Origin: Takakia lepidozioides
Lineage: Eukaryota; Plantae; Bryophyta
Assembly (NCBI GenBank): GCA_030704615.1
Contig: CM060734.1
Coordinates: 37,014,001 to 37,078,000, forward strand
Length of the DNA: 64,000 bases
Direction: 5' to 3'
Shown: positions 1 to 11,804 of the stretch, in pieces
Position numbering within the stretch: position 1 is the first letter of the stretch
Layout of the letters: each line of letters starts with the position of its first letter
Program-made: the position numbers and the translations under genes
Notes under the pieces: generated by a model
Seen by the model: only the letters and a program-made list of their open reading frames with translations
The model's database searches: none
What the model was told of the DNA's origin: nothing

Positions 1-523
1 TATCTTTGTAGCTTACGTCAATAACTCACAGCTAGAGATATTCTTTCCCCCCCTACTCTTGTGGAGATTTTATTATAGGAAAAGATAAGTAAGTTTCCAC
101 TAAAAATGAATGAGCCGCATCACTTTCATCTCTAAGAGAGGCCCAATCTACATCTCATGAATTAGTAGGGCACATGACAAAATGATAATGAAATGTGAAT
201 GGGACAAAGTCACTAAATGGCCATGGACCAAACCATCTAAAGACACTTTTACGAAAACAATTGAAAACATGAATCAAATGAGAAGAAATAAGATTTCCAT
301 TGGAAGCTACTAGCGCAAATTAAAACCGCTTCCTAATCAAGAAAAAATACCCTAAGTGCTCTCCCAAAGGAAACGTAAAAATAGTGTCTCTTCATCCCGA
401 AAGACTACCGTCTTCCGATGGAAACTAGACACTTTAAATCCTAGATCACCTAGGTTATGCACCGGCAAGGCACAAACACCCACCCATTGGGCTCCTTGCT
501 CTAGTATCTTTCCCAATCATTAT

Positions 524-2770
524 CTAATTGGTTTTCAAAGCTACACCAAATATAACCTTCACCTTCATGTCCAATCTTCGTACATATTGAGTATGCCTCG
601 AAATCTTAAACCCTAATTTTGCCATAGCTTTAAACACTTGTTGAACTGAAATAGGCTTGTCCACATAACAACGGTTGTAATGCTTTGTCAATTCATAACC
701 TGTGATTGAACACCTTTCTCCAACGCAACAATCTTGAAAAAGAATTTTATGCATTCTATCCAAGAACAACGAGTTGCTATCAATTTGTCGACAAAGTGCA
801 TCTTCCCGCACCTTCATTACCTCCTTATGATGATCAATAGCGATTGGTTGATCTTGTACCTCCGCTGAAGATGCCGAAGGAGCAACCAACATCTCTAAAT
901 CAAGGAGGCACTTTTGCAAGCCCTCACGCATGTGTAGAGTCCATAAGCCCTTGTTTTCTTCAATTTCACGCTCTTTCATGCACGAAGTGCATACCTCCAA
1001 CTCTTGACCACTACATCAAAAGTCATGATAAATGCATAATTAACAAAACATCCACCTAAAAAATCTCTATTCTCACTCATCTTGATGTTTTCGATTGAGA
1101 CAAAATCTCCTCGTCCTTGTAATAGGGAAATACTTGTCTGCAAAGGTAGTCTAAACCCTAACAATGATCACCCGGAAGTCTACGTAAATAAGAGCCTCTT
1201 CTTCTTGCAAGTACTCGAGTGTGGGCTACTTAAAACCCTAACGAATGTTGCTCGAGGTAATCTTTGCATGGTAATCCTACACCTAGTTTGAATGGGATAG
1301 AGAGAGATATATATGCCCTTGTTCGAGGCATGGGAGACTGCCATATTCTTCAAAGAACTCTTCATTTCCTAAAGACGTCCTTGGTGAGAAATGTTTCACT
1401 AGCTTTGGTTATTAGCCAATCCATCTCCATATATCTTTTTCTTTCCATTGGGATTGACGTTCTTCACTTTCATCAATCACAATTCTAAGCAATACATTAA
1501 TACTTACTTGGAGTGTGGTAAACTGAAGAATGCCCAGTCGCAAATGCTCCCACAACCATGACACAAACGGATCTCATCATCCAAAAACTCCGAGAAAGGC
1601 TCCGAGTCATGACCTATTGGTAGCTCTTCTAGGATGGGACGCACAAACATCGCGATCTCCTATAAACATTTATCAATAAAAATAGTCTCTCAATAGAAAT
1701 AAGGGTATACTTACGTATTACATACTCAATTGTGGATCACGAGTTTGTAAATACATTGCAAGCTATTAGATCTTGATTGATAAAAGAGGACGTTTAATAA
1801 AGGATCATTTCATACATGGGTATGCTTTGTTTTGACAAAGCCCCATAAAGAAAAACCGACTACTATATCACGGAGGATGACGCCGACAGAAGCAAATGTA
1901 ATAGGCTATTCATGAGGTATATTAACCCAATTTCTAACAAAGCAATAAAAAGACATGTTCATGTGTCTGACAAAGCCAACATCCCTTCTTCACCCTTACA
2001 TTTTCTCTTACCTATATGCTAGAACAAACGGACTTCATTTTTTAAATCTTCTATCTACCTTAGTATGGAAAATAAAATTCAAATGCAAAGGTAAGCAATT
2101 GTACATGGAATGTCGAGTCTTCCAATTTCTCAAGCTTGTCCCAACCCCGCTTATCCATAACTCCCTTTGCGATAAAGAGTTGTAGCACCTAATAGCAGGT
2201 TCATGAGCATTTCGAACATTCTAATGGATGTACAAAACCCTAGCTTTCCAAGCTATGTTCATTTTTCGTAAACGAATTCATTTCCGTATTTCGATAGTAT
2301 CATGTGTTAGTATTTTTTTTGAAACACCAATGTCGAAGCTTAAATAGTCCCACTAAGACCTTTCGAGCTACATAACCAAAAAAATAAAGAGAAAGTACTT
2401 CCAGAAAGGAAACTAAAGCCTTTTGTCTTGGGGTTAGCAAAAAAAATAACCAACAAATGTATGCTAGGCCAACAACATATGCGCCCACACCTTACTACAA
2501 CAAAAGAATAGAGTTAGCATAGAGGGCGAGGAAAGGGGACAATCAACACAAACACAATATCTAAACCATACATAAGTCATTTCCACAACATAGCCATGAC
2601 ATTCATTGAAATAGGGTTGCATACAAGGCAAGGATAAGGAAAAGGCCATAGGAGTCATCCCCACCATAAGCCATGGCATTGAGGTGAGGGCATTGCAAAA
2701 CAAGGGACTAGGAAGGGCAAGAGGGGGAACGAGAAGGCGCGTACTAGGGGTTTGGTGATCATAATGCATA
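524..2770 (-). pseudogene. Decayed multi-exon ORF of unknown, probably mobile-element, origin
   Basis: Frame 524-~1480 reads through if TAA/TAG/TGA are treated as C>T-mutated Gln/Arg codons. An exon-like block at ~1508-1660 is bounded by AG/GTAAGT. The C-terminal 158 codons are open. Confidence 0.4.
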
Positions 2771-4978
2771 CATGAGAATCAGCACAAAGTGAAATCGAGT
2801 ACATCACAGGGATTCTTCTCTCCAGATCCCGGCCTCAATGATCTGACCGCAATTTCAAGGCTGGAGTACTCACCACAGATAGAGGCGAAAGCGGCGCCAG
2901 CTTGAGCAGCGACGAGCGAGCTGGTGGACGCTCAATGCAGCGCGACTGCAGCTCTCTCTGCCGCCATGCGAGCTTCCGCAGCTCGTCCTCCTCTCTGCTC
3001 CCGAGACACCGTCTCCTCTCTCTCTCTCTCTCTTTTGTCGTAGTACCCCCTACCCCTCCGTCCCCCCCCCCCCTCCTCCTCTACTTATCAGAGCGCGAGG
3101 GACTGTCTCTTGACTCGCTTTAGCAAATAGGGTTTCTTTGACCAAATGGCACGATTGCTCTTCCCCGTGGCGATTGGCTTTTCAGGTCCCACGAACGCGC
3201 TTGGATGAACTATATTCTCCATCCAGATAATAACTTCATCCATACGTTCATGCCAGATTTTCTCGTTTGTTAACAAAATGAAAAGAATATTGGAAAAGTC
3301 TAGATGAATGAATGAAGAATAATGAATGAATGTGAGTCGCACATCCATTGATTGGCGAGAATGATTAGCGAGCGACGACATGATGAGTGCCGTTAGACGC
3401 TCTAGAGAGCACAATGATCCGTCAGACATTTGTCTCTCCGTTGTCTTTGTCTCTCCAGCTTCTCTCAAGTAAACAGATCGATCGGATAGATCACAAGTTT
3501 TCATGAATGCATGGAAAGACATCTCTAACAATCGTCCACAATCTGACTCTGTGTTTGTTTGGCCTACCACTGACAGAGAAATGCTGGCAGCGGTTATGCA
3601 ATGATGGATAGGAAATCGGAGGGTGGTAATATTGTAGCTGGCATTGCAGAGCAGAAAAGCCTGACACCGTTGTAGCAAATAGCAACATCTATACAGCACC
3701 TGGCCTGGAGACTCCTCTCCGTTCTGTAGCTAGCGGAAGATCAGCTGGCTAGATATACCCCCAAGGCCAGAGCTCTTCTCTCGTGGCGGAAGTTGAGGTC
3801 CTCTACGTCCGCCGTCCGGTCCTGTTGGCTGGAGTATAAGTACGTAAGTAACCACATCATGCAATAACAGACCAGTCACTTCCATGAATCCGTTTCCTGT
3901 ACAGGCGTCTATGGCGGCGCCATTATTGGCTTAATTTACTCCCTCTGCCACTACGTTGGTGGCCGGAAATATCAAGGCATGCAACTTCTTGACGTGACAT
4001 AGGCCACAGAAGCTGGAGAAGATGGGAATTTTTGACAGATATCAAGGAAAGGGAGTTAGTGACGAATATTCAAGTTATGAAACATCAGAATTAGAAACGG
4101 AGTCTGAACATATGGTATAACGTGATCAGACATCAAGGACTGTCACCCTGTGGACACTTATTGAAGGAATCAGACACCAGATTTTGTAGGTCCGTTTCAG
4201 TAAATGCCTGATCAGCTGAGTTAGGCAGGCGAACGACATACAGAAGACACACACATGCGAACCCTGAACTGATCTTTCCTGCAACGGTCGGCACTGGGCA
4301 GCAACCTGCGAATGAGCAACCGACATTGCTGCCGAGTACTCAGCGTCCAATGGACTGCTTCTTGTGCACGTTATTATTGTTTTGTGTTCAGTTGCTAGTC
4401 TGCCAAACACTGGAAATGGAACCTTGGCAGGACTGCCCTGTCGAAAAGTTGATCACACCATGACTCCATTCGAAAAATAAAAACTCCCCTCTGGTAACTT
4501 CGTCAGGCAAATCACACAGCTCCGGGCCGGCACAACTCCTCGATCAACTCCTCATTGCTTGATTTCTTCAAGGTCACCATCATGACCAAGAATCAAGCAA
4601 CCATGAAGAAAAGCTCGACTCCCGGTCAACCAAGGCAAACTGCCTTTCCAGACGCCATACTGACAGTCTACAGAGCATTGGGTGGTGTGCTGCCTAGTAC
4701 ACGAGCCATGCCCTTCCTCCATCTGCCCACACGCTGAACCTTTGGAGGAGCGCCGCCGCTTGCAATGCAGCAAACGGTAACTTGGCAACGTTCACTGTAC
4801 CTTCTCCCTCCTCGCTCCTACACCCTAACTCTATCCCAACCCTAATTAATCCATATTCATCCACACGGACTTGTTATATTTATCCATCCATCCCTGCTCA
4901 TCCTACACATCGTACTGTGCTCTGTAGCTTTCCGTTGGTTGTCCTCGCCTCTCATCCACATGGCAGTGAAGCGGCTCG

Positions 4979-4988
4979 TCTCTCTCAC

Positions 4989-5028
<40 letters not shown>
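4979..5028. repeat. (CT)n microsatellite upstream of (or in the 5' UTR of) the ABCG3-like gene
   Basis: Directly visible CT run. Confidence 0.9.
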
Positions 5029-6583
5029 ACGGGACTGAAGGTGCGTGGTGTGAGACAGGCGGCGGCCTCTTGCTGCTCGCTAATTAATCACATTGCGTTT
5101 AGGAGAGTCCGTCATAGCGTTCTCCCTCTCTTTGAACTTTTTCTCTGTGTCTCCTTGTTTGCATTTCGTCAATCGTACTGCTGTGCACACACTCCAAATT
5201 CTGTTCTGTTCTGTTCTTTCTCCAGCGCCGGCAATCGGGAGTTGCGTTAATTTTTGTAAGTGAGCTCATTATGCATCCCTCTATGGTAAATGTGGTATAA
5301 TGACGGTGGTCGACTCTACACCCTCAATCTGTCGCCAGTTGCCTTTGGGGGAGTTGTTGGGTTGTAGATCATTTGGCATGGCGGTATGTTATTCAGACAG
5401 CACTGGCTTTGCCAGTCTTATCACAATCTTTATGTCGGGAGTGTAATTTTACAACCCGCTGCCTCTCTTTTGTGATACCAAGCGTCTGGGTATAAAAATT
5501 GGTTAAAGTGGAGTTCCAGCTCGTAAGTCACGCTGTGTCACTGTGTGTTTGAAGGCAGAGACAAGCTACCTGTAGCTCCATACATTTGGTAGACTTTGTC
5601 TTTGTCTGTACTTTTCTACGTGAGACTGTGGCGTATACCAGAAAACAGCCTTGCAAGTTCTCGTCTTACTCGTGCAGTTACTATGGTACCTCTCGAGTAG
5701 ATTTGAACGCATCATTCACTTATTCGGAAACTTTTCTGTAGCAAACAGCAGAATTGTACAGCAGAATTGTAGTTTCCGACGCATCTTGCTTAGCTCTTCC
5801 ACTTGAGGTGTCATCGATCACATTTGTGCACCTGCGCCAAATGAACTCGGGTTGGCAATGTGAGCCAATTTGACTGCACATTGTCTAACAGGTGCATGTA
5901 GAATGATGCAGCATGTAGTGCACGAACGTAATCAACACCATGCAGAATGAGGCTGCTAGTCAGTATTCCGCCAGAGAAACTGAGGAGAATACGTCTATCT
6001 ACGATCTTATTTTGACTCTTGCATTTGGAAGCTGAAAATATCTGGTAGCTATGTACATAGGTGTCTGTTTATCCCTTATGCTTCCCATTGAGTTTTGTTG
6101 CTTTTGTCCAACGTAACGTTTGGCCTAATGTCACTTCTCTCCAATTTACTGAACTCGCTAGCATGATCATACGCGTGCGGCCTGCAAGGTAGCCCATGTT
6201 CCAGTCGTCCTACGTTGAGACAGGGCCTTGTCGAATTTCAACTGTCACCTCATTTTCCCCTGTAGGTACTCCAGTTTATCTCCATGCATGCTACATGTTG
6301 GTGTTCTAACCAGTACGTTTGCTGAACAACTTATTTTGTGGATTGATACTATCCTCAGAGTAAAGCTGGGACCGTTTCTCTTTCCTGAAGACAGCACTCT
6401 AAATCTGAATACGAGCAGTTTCCGACAATTTGCATGCTTAACCGTACCAATTCTAACATCCTTAAATGGATTACTGGTGGTGTATTGTGGGCCAGGAATG
6501 CTGCGGTCGATCTCCAAACCGCCACTTTCAGATTCCGCTTTGAGGGAAAGGGAGCTTCACATTCTTCCGATTGAACTGCAAAG

Positions 6584-9500
6584 ATGGGTGACGTCTCTCC
6601 CCCGGACCGATTCTTAAACCTCCCGCATCTAACTAGAAGGCAAAGTCCTGGCCCAAGCCCCTTAGGCCTTGCGAGTGTACGCGACTTGGAAATTCAAAGT
6701 CCATCTTCTGATTCTCACCCATTGATACGTCCCATCCCACACCCTGAACCCTCCAGCGACAACGAGTCAAACCACTATACGAGTGTCTCTCCTCTAATAG
6801 CCACAAAAGACTACGCACAAACCGGTGTCTTCCCACCGAGCCCTCCAATGAAGTCTCCAAAGACAGTTCTTTTTACACCGAGTTTTGCCATGGAGGCCTC
6901 TGACCCCAGAAAACCTGAGAAGGGGGCAACAATAGTGTGGCGGGATCTGACAGTCTCAATTGGAGGGAAAAGAGGAGGCGAGTCAAGTAAACTACTGAAA
7001 AGTGCCACTGGTTTTGCAAGGCCGGGGTCCCTGTTGGCAATCATGGGATCAGCGTGCTCAGGAAAGAATACATTGCTGAAGGCCTTAGCAGGTCTGGTGC
7101 CCACCCCTCCTTACAGGTTAAGATTTCATTTCAAGTAGGAGCGATGAGTGAGCTCTGTGAGGGGGAGAGAGGGGCTGAGGTAGAATATTGTCATCCACTT
7201 CGGACCACGGAGCTGGACTTCTGCATGTTCTTCCCCTTTCAGGACTGCTAAAGACTTATATTGTGCGAAAGGTGGATACAATGCTGACTGCAAGATCAGC
7301 TTCAGACAAAGAAGTAAAGAAGATAAGAAACTTCATAACTAGAGCTGCTGCAATTGAAACATACTCTTAGGAAGCACGTCCTGCTCAAATCTATTCAGAA
7401 CGACCAGATGTTTTTAAAGTTTGGTTGAATCAATGCAGACCAGCTACCAAGAAATGCAAAAGTGTATGGAGACATTACTCTAAATGGGCGCCGACGACAA
7501 CTGCATTATGGCACTTATGTGAGAATCCCTGCTCCTCACAGTATTAATCACAGGCAAGGGAGGGTTGTGATTCTTGTGTGCATTTAAGGGATTAGTTGTT
7601 TGTTGATGCTTTGAGACAAATCATTCACTCATGATTTTGATATGGCAGGCTTACATAAGAACGGAGGAAGAATGGATGGAAGCTTTGACAGTCCGTGAGA
7701 TGCTGCACTACTCTGCTCTGTTGCAACTCCCAAGCAGTCTGCCTCTTTCGAAAAAGCTTGCACGGGTGGATGCTTCTATTTCGGCAATGGACCTGGAGGA
7801 CCTGGTGGACGTGCGCATTGGGTGTGCACACAGAAATGGTGGTCTGTCTCGAGTGGAACGAAAGCTACTTAGTTTAGCCATTCAGTTGATCTCTCGACCC
7901 TATTTACTGTTTCTGGAAGACCCCACTTGTGGACTTGATGGGTATAAACTTCAACCCCAAGCACCCCCTTACATTTCTCTGCAAGTCCCACAAACTCTTT
8001 ATTCATTCTTTTCTCTCTCTATGTTGATGTTGTTTTGGCTCGATTCCATCTAGACTCCAGCTCAGTGTTGCCAGTTGGCTAAGAGAGAGTTGGCAGACAT
8101 TGGCATCAAATCATTGGGCAATGCAGCGAAATTGTTTATTTCCCTCTGGACCCGATTTCTGATCTGAAGACACAAGGGAGTTGGACAAATAAAATGGCCC
8201 TTCTGGTGATCTGATACTCTTGTGGTTCTTGGGTGGGACTTCAAAGTGTCGCAAGCTTGCAGGTGATGACGATGCTGAGGAAATTGGCATCCGAACAGCG
8301 ATGCACGGTGATTGCGGCTATGCAACATTCTAGCAGCCTTGTGTGGGCCTTGATGGATCAGCTCTATCTTCTCTCCCATGGCATCACCATCTTCTTTGGA
8401 CCTTCCCAGGCAGCCCTGGAGGTATATTCTTGCCGTGTCAGCCTTTGCAACAAATTTACTAATTAAATTCTATCTGAGTGATCTCATCGGATCACCCCCA
8501 TGTTCTCTGGTTGGGACCTAGAACCAGGCCTTGAGACGCACCCCTTGCATCTCTCTAGAATGAAAACACCTCGGGCCTTTACTGGAATAATTGATAATTC
8601 CAGTTACAGTTTCAACAGTTCTATCCAAGGAGCCAAAGGTGTCGGTACGATGGAAGACAACAGTGAAGTATGCAAACCTGTTGAAGTATGGAACTTTTGA
8701 GTTGTGTTTGAGGAATGTATGGTTGGATTCCTGGATGCAGCTCTTTGCCAATGCAGGGTTTCCGTGCCCACGTCTTCAAAATCCCATCGACCACTTTCTT
8801 GGGGCCATTAACACGAACTTGAACAGCATCAAACATGGACAGGTTTTGTCCTTCAATCCCATCTGTTCATTCCTCAGAATATTTTGTCCTTCAGTATGGA
8901 AAGGTTTACATCAACAGTAATGTTCCCCTTGACTATCTTTGTAGAGCTGTGCATCTATTTGTAAGAACATGCCAAAAGGGATGAAGGAGAAGAGAGAGTT
9001 CATTCAGCTGTGATTTTGCAGGATGAGGAGCACACAGGTGATTGTATGTGGGGTGATATGGATACATCGGTGGTAGTCCGGACAGTGGAGGCCACTTTCC
9101 AGGCTTCTTCTGAGGCTGCATTGGTGCAATCTCTAGTGATTGAGCTGTCATCAAATGTATGATGGCCACAGACCGTCCTGTCTGTTATCGTCTAGCAAAT
9201 TCAATTCTTCCAAAAATTCGAACTTCATATCTCTGATTCCCTTTTACTCCTAGCTTGTAGGAGTAGTTTGATTCAAGTACTTCACACCATCTATTACATC
9301 ACTTGACTTATATTTTGCCGTCTCTCTTCTTTCTGGTGTCATTGGTATGTCTCGATTGAAGAACCATCCCATCATCAGAATGTTCTCTCTTTGTTGCTCT
9401 CTATCCTCCCCAAAGGTAGTGCCTATTTCCTATATTTCCGTCCAAACTGGGCATGAAAGTCTATGGCCACAAGGCTATGGCAAATGAAGTCTCTTGAGTA

Positions 9501-11804
9501 CATTTCTATCCTCCCCAATCCTTCATTGAGCATAAGGGGTATATCAGCAAGTGTAGTCAAGCCTGTTCGGTTGGGAAACTGATTGTGCCGGTGGCTGGTT
9601 TGTTCAGGAAGGACCAATCCTTGGGAGAAAGGTCCCCACAGGTATAATGATGTGCCTGGTGCTCCTGACGTGGCGTTCCTGTGTCAGCATGGGCCGCGAG
9701 TTTGGCTACTATTGGTTGCGTTTGCTACTCTACATGGTGCTGACACTTTGCATTGGGACCATGTACTACAACCTTGGACATTCCCTCAATTCCATACAAG
9801 TGAGTAGAGATGTCTGTCTTGCTGTTCTTACTCTCTTAATGCAAATAGCTGTGGTGTCCTCTCTCTTTCATGGTGTGTCTCTTCTGTTCCCTTTGTCTGT
9901 GTGCATGGATACAGTTGCAATCTGCCACACTTTGCAGACAGAGAGCCGTAGACCAGTTTCACAAGTGCAAAAACCGTCCATCCACATGAAAGGGGCAGAG
10001 CCTAGCCATATTGTAGATGGGGCCACCAGGATTGCCTTGAGCTCGTAGCTTGATGGGAATTATAGCCGAGATTGTGAGAGTCCAATAAATCAACCTTAGT
10101 GAAAGATCTCTGCCTTTATTCATCCTTGACCAACTTAAGGTTCCTGTTGTCGATTTGACAGGGAAGGACCTCCGCGTTATTTGTGACAGTCTCCTTTCTT
10201 TCAGTACTATCTGTGGCAGGATTTCCTGCACTGCTGAAGGAGATCAAGGTGAGTTGCTCAAAACCATCTTCATCTCCTGTTTGGTTCCGTTCTCTGAGCA
10301 CATAACTTCTTGAAAACGTTGGCTACTAGTCATTATATTCTGTGTTGAAAAATTGGACTATTACTTTCGGGTGGTATCAAAGTTGGTATCATGATTAAAG
10401 CTGAGTCCACCGAGCACATTCGAGACCATGGATCCTGATATGCAGCTCAGATGATTTCTGGAGAGACCTTTCACAGAGGGGATTTGCATTCTGGCACAAG
10501 GCAATTACTATTTAACTTGTATGTGAATGGAGTTGCTGAATAGTGGGCCTCCACCTTGTCCCTTCTTCACAGGTGGTTTCTGAGGAGAGATCTAAGGGAC
10601 ACACCGGGGTTGCTAGATATGTTCTTGCAAACTTGTTGGCTTCTATACCGTTCATACTGGTGCTGGCGATTGTCTGCTCTGCAACTTCCTACTTTCTGAT
10701 AGGACTCAAGCCGGCCTTCACTCTCTTCATGTACTATATGATCAACATATTCCTGTGTCTGGCAATCATGGATGGCCTGATGCTATTTATAGCTTCCGTG
10801 GTACCCAAGGTCTTTGAGGGCATTTTAACCACTTTAAGCATCCAGGTATGATCTCTTTCTCTCTCATTTAGAGCAGTAATTGGTCAATTTTAATTTTCTA
10901 GTTCTTTGTCTTGCTTGCCTCCCCATCCTAAAAACTTCTTGGGGTACCATGGATAAGCAAGAGGATCTTTTGTGGCTCTGGTGCAGATATTGATGATGCT
11001 GGTGAGTGGCTATTTCCGATCAGCACATGATCTCCCCAAGCCTTTGTGGAAATATCCAGCCGCGTACGTTTCATTCCACTCTTATGCAATCCAGGTGAAC
11101 TCACTATCTCATTCCCTCCCACCCAGTTGTTGTGGTGAGTGCAGGTTGGGAAAAACCTCGTTTGTTCGTGTCACAGGTTCCTGGACACAAACTCTCAAAA
11201 TTATGCAGAGATGCTTGCCTCTTCATATTCATGAAGTGCTTTTAAGGGCGTGGTGGTCTAGTCATGAAATGCTTGATGTGTATCTTCATTCTTTCATTTT
11301 AGAGTTCAAACTATTCTGTTTCGGAGCAGTAAGCTGTCTCGCTTCTGTGGCTATCAAGTTTATTCACGAACTGACCTGTGTACTTTCTTCCATATGACTG
11401 GACATGAATACCGAGCACCAGCAGAAATAATGTGGTCCATTTTATGTAGCCCAGAATTAGCTGTGGTAAGATCCTGGTTATGGTGGGCATTGGCAATTCT
11501 AAATCTGGATTGGGTACGGGGTGGATCAACGGGGGATTAACAGGGCCTGCTACAGAACGAGTATGGTGGAATGGAGTTTCCAGGGAACACACCACAATCT
11601 GCCCCCATGTCAGCTCAACTAACCTTGGAAGAAACATTCCAAGTGATGGAGCCGATGCTGGGAAAATGGTTCAATCTTCTCATATTGGCCGGCATGGCAG
11701 CCGGCTATCGCGTCCTGCTGGTTATCTCCCTCGTACTCCTTGAGTGGCTGAAGCCCGGGTATTATAGAAGTCCAAGGTGTTGTGAAGACGAAGACGATGA
11801 CTAG
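6584..11804 (+). CDS. ABCG3: ABCG (WBC) half-size ABC transporter, ABCG3-like, degenerate NBD; 11 exons: 6584-7091, 7439-7518, 7649-7941, 8247-8421, 8741-8842, 9022-9156, 9608-9799, 10162-10248, 10573-10845, 10987-11094, 11544-11804
   Basis: All introns are GT-AG and the spliced frame is open. NBD-TMD order. Segments GATIVWRDLTVSIGGKR, LTVREMLHYSALLQLP, MDTSVVVRTVEATF, LLTWRS..YYWLRLLLYMVLTLCIGT, LGHSL, PALLKEIK and GLMLFIA match my recollection of Arabidopsis ABCG3 better than ABCG11. Confidence 0.88.

Noticed and set aside
3088-4790. 203-aa and other ORFs upstream of the ABCG3-like gene
   Set aside because: No recognisable domains; they overlap TGGATG/ATGA-rich repeat-like DNA and are probably spurious or TE debris.
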